Below are positions 63,707 to 64,000 of a stretch of DNA of 64,000 nt, one piece after another. The position numbers and the translations under genes are program-made. Within the stretch, counting starts at the first letter, position 1, and the number at the start of each line of letters is the position of its first letter. The stretch comes from Pseudogymnoascus verrucosus. Its lineage: Eukaryota. The notes beneath the pieces were generated by a model. It ran no database searches and was not told where the DNA came from. It was given only the letters and a program-made list of their open reading frames with translations. The stretch is from assembly GCA_001662655.1 (NCBI GenBank), contig KV460222.1; one strand, given 5' to 3'.

Positions 63707-64000
63707 TGAATTAGAGTAGTGTTGTCCTTTTTTATTAAGCTAGCGCTACTGAATTTAATTATTCATATGTGATAGATGTGCCCTAGAACTAATTTGGTTC
63801 TAGTTGACAAGATTCAGAGCCATCTTGAACACTCAAGGGTATGTACTACTTAGAGTTCTTAGCACCAACTTCGTCACTAACAGTGCAAACTATTAGGCAA
63901 ATCCTAGACTGCAACAAAACGGTATAGCATTCACAATCAATCTCATTTTACTATTTCTGATTACGAGGCAGCCATGCAAAAAACTCACTGCATCGTACCC

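Overview
Eukaryotic, intron-rich DNA from a filamentous ascomycete: GT/GC-AG introns with CTRAY branch sites and a fungal U2 snRNA; species not determinable. 0-23.4 kb is conserved housekeeping: DUF1770 protein, Derlin/Dfm1 with a candidate intronic H/ACA snoRNA, a UBA/UIM protein resembling a dead USP25/28, GCN2, TSC2, CSE1 and a DUF1640 protein. About 23.5-44.7 kb looks accessory. It holds an esterase + Baeyer-Villiger monooxygenase + GMC oxidase + bZIP/DUF3425 cluster whose three promoter regions each carry the 15-bp palindrome TGTGCGA-N-TCGCACA (one copy with a mismatch), two tandem genes sharing an unnamed domain, a secreted intradiol-dioxygenase-like gene, and a divergent HMG-CoA synthase between two P450 relics. 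44.8-64 kb holds GPI13, U2 snRNA, a small membrane protein with PxIxIT/PY motifs, a 7.4-kb SSR-rich intergenic region, a Puf3-type Pumilio gene and a SesB-like hydrolase. The hydrolase appears to have two outputs: a short form ending in a MIM1-like motif and a spliced form running off the window into a probable NB-ARC NLR. Exon boundaries and homologies were read by eye, with no database search.
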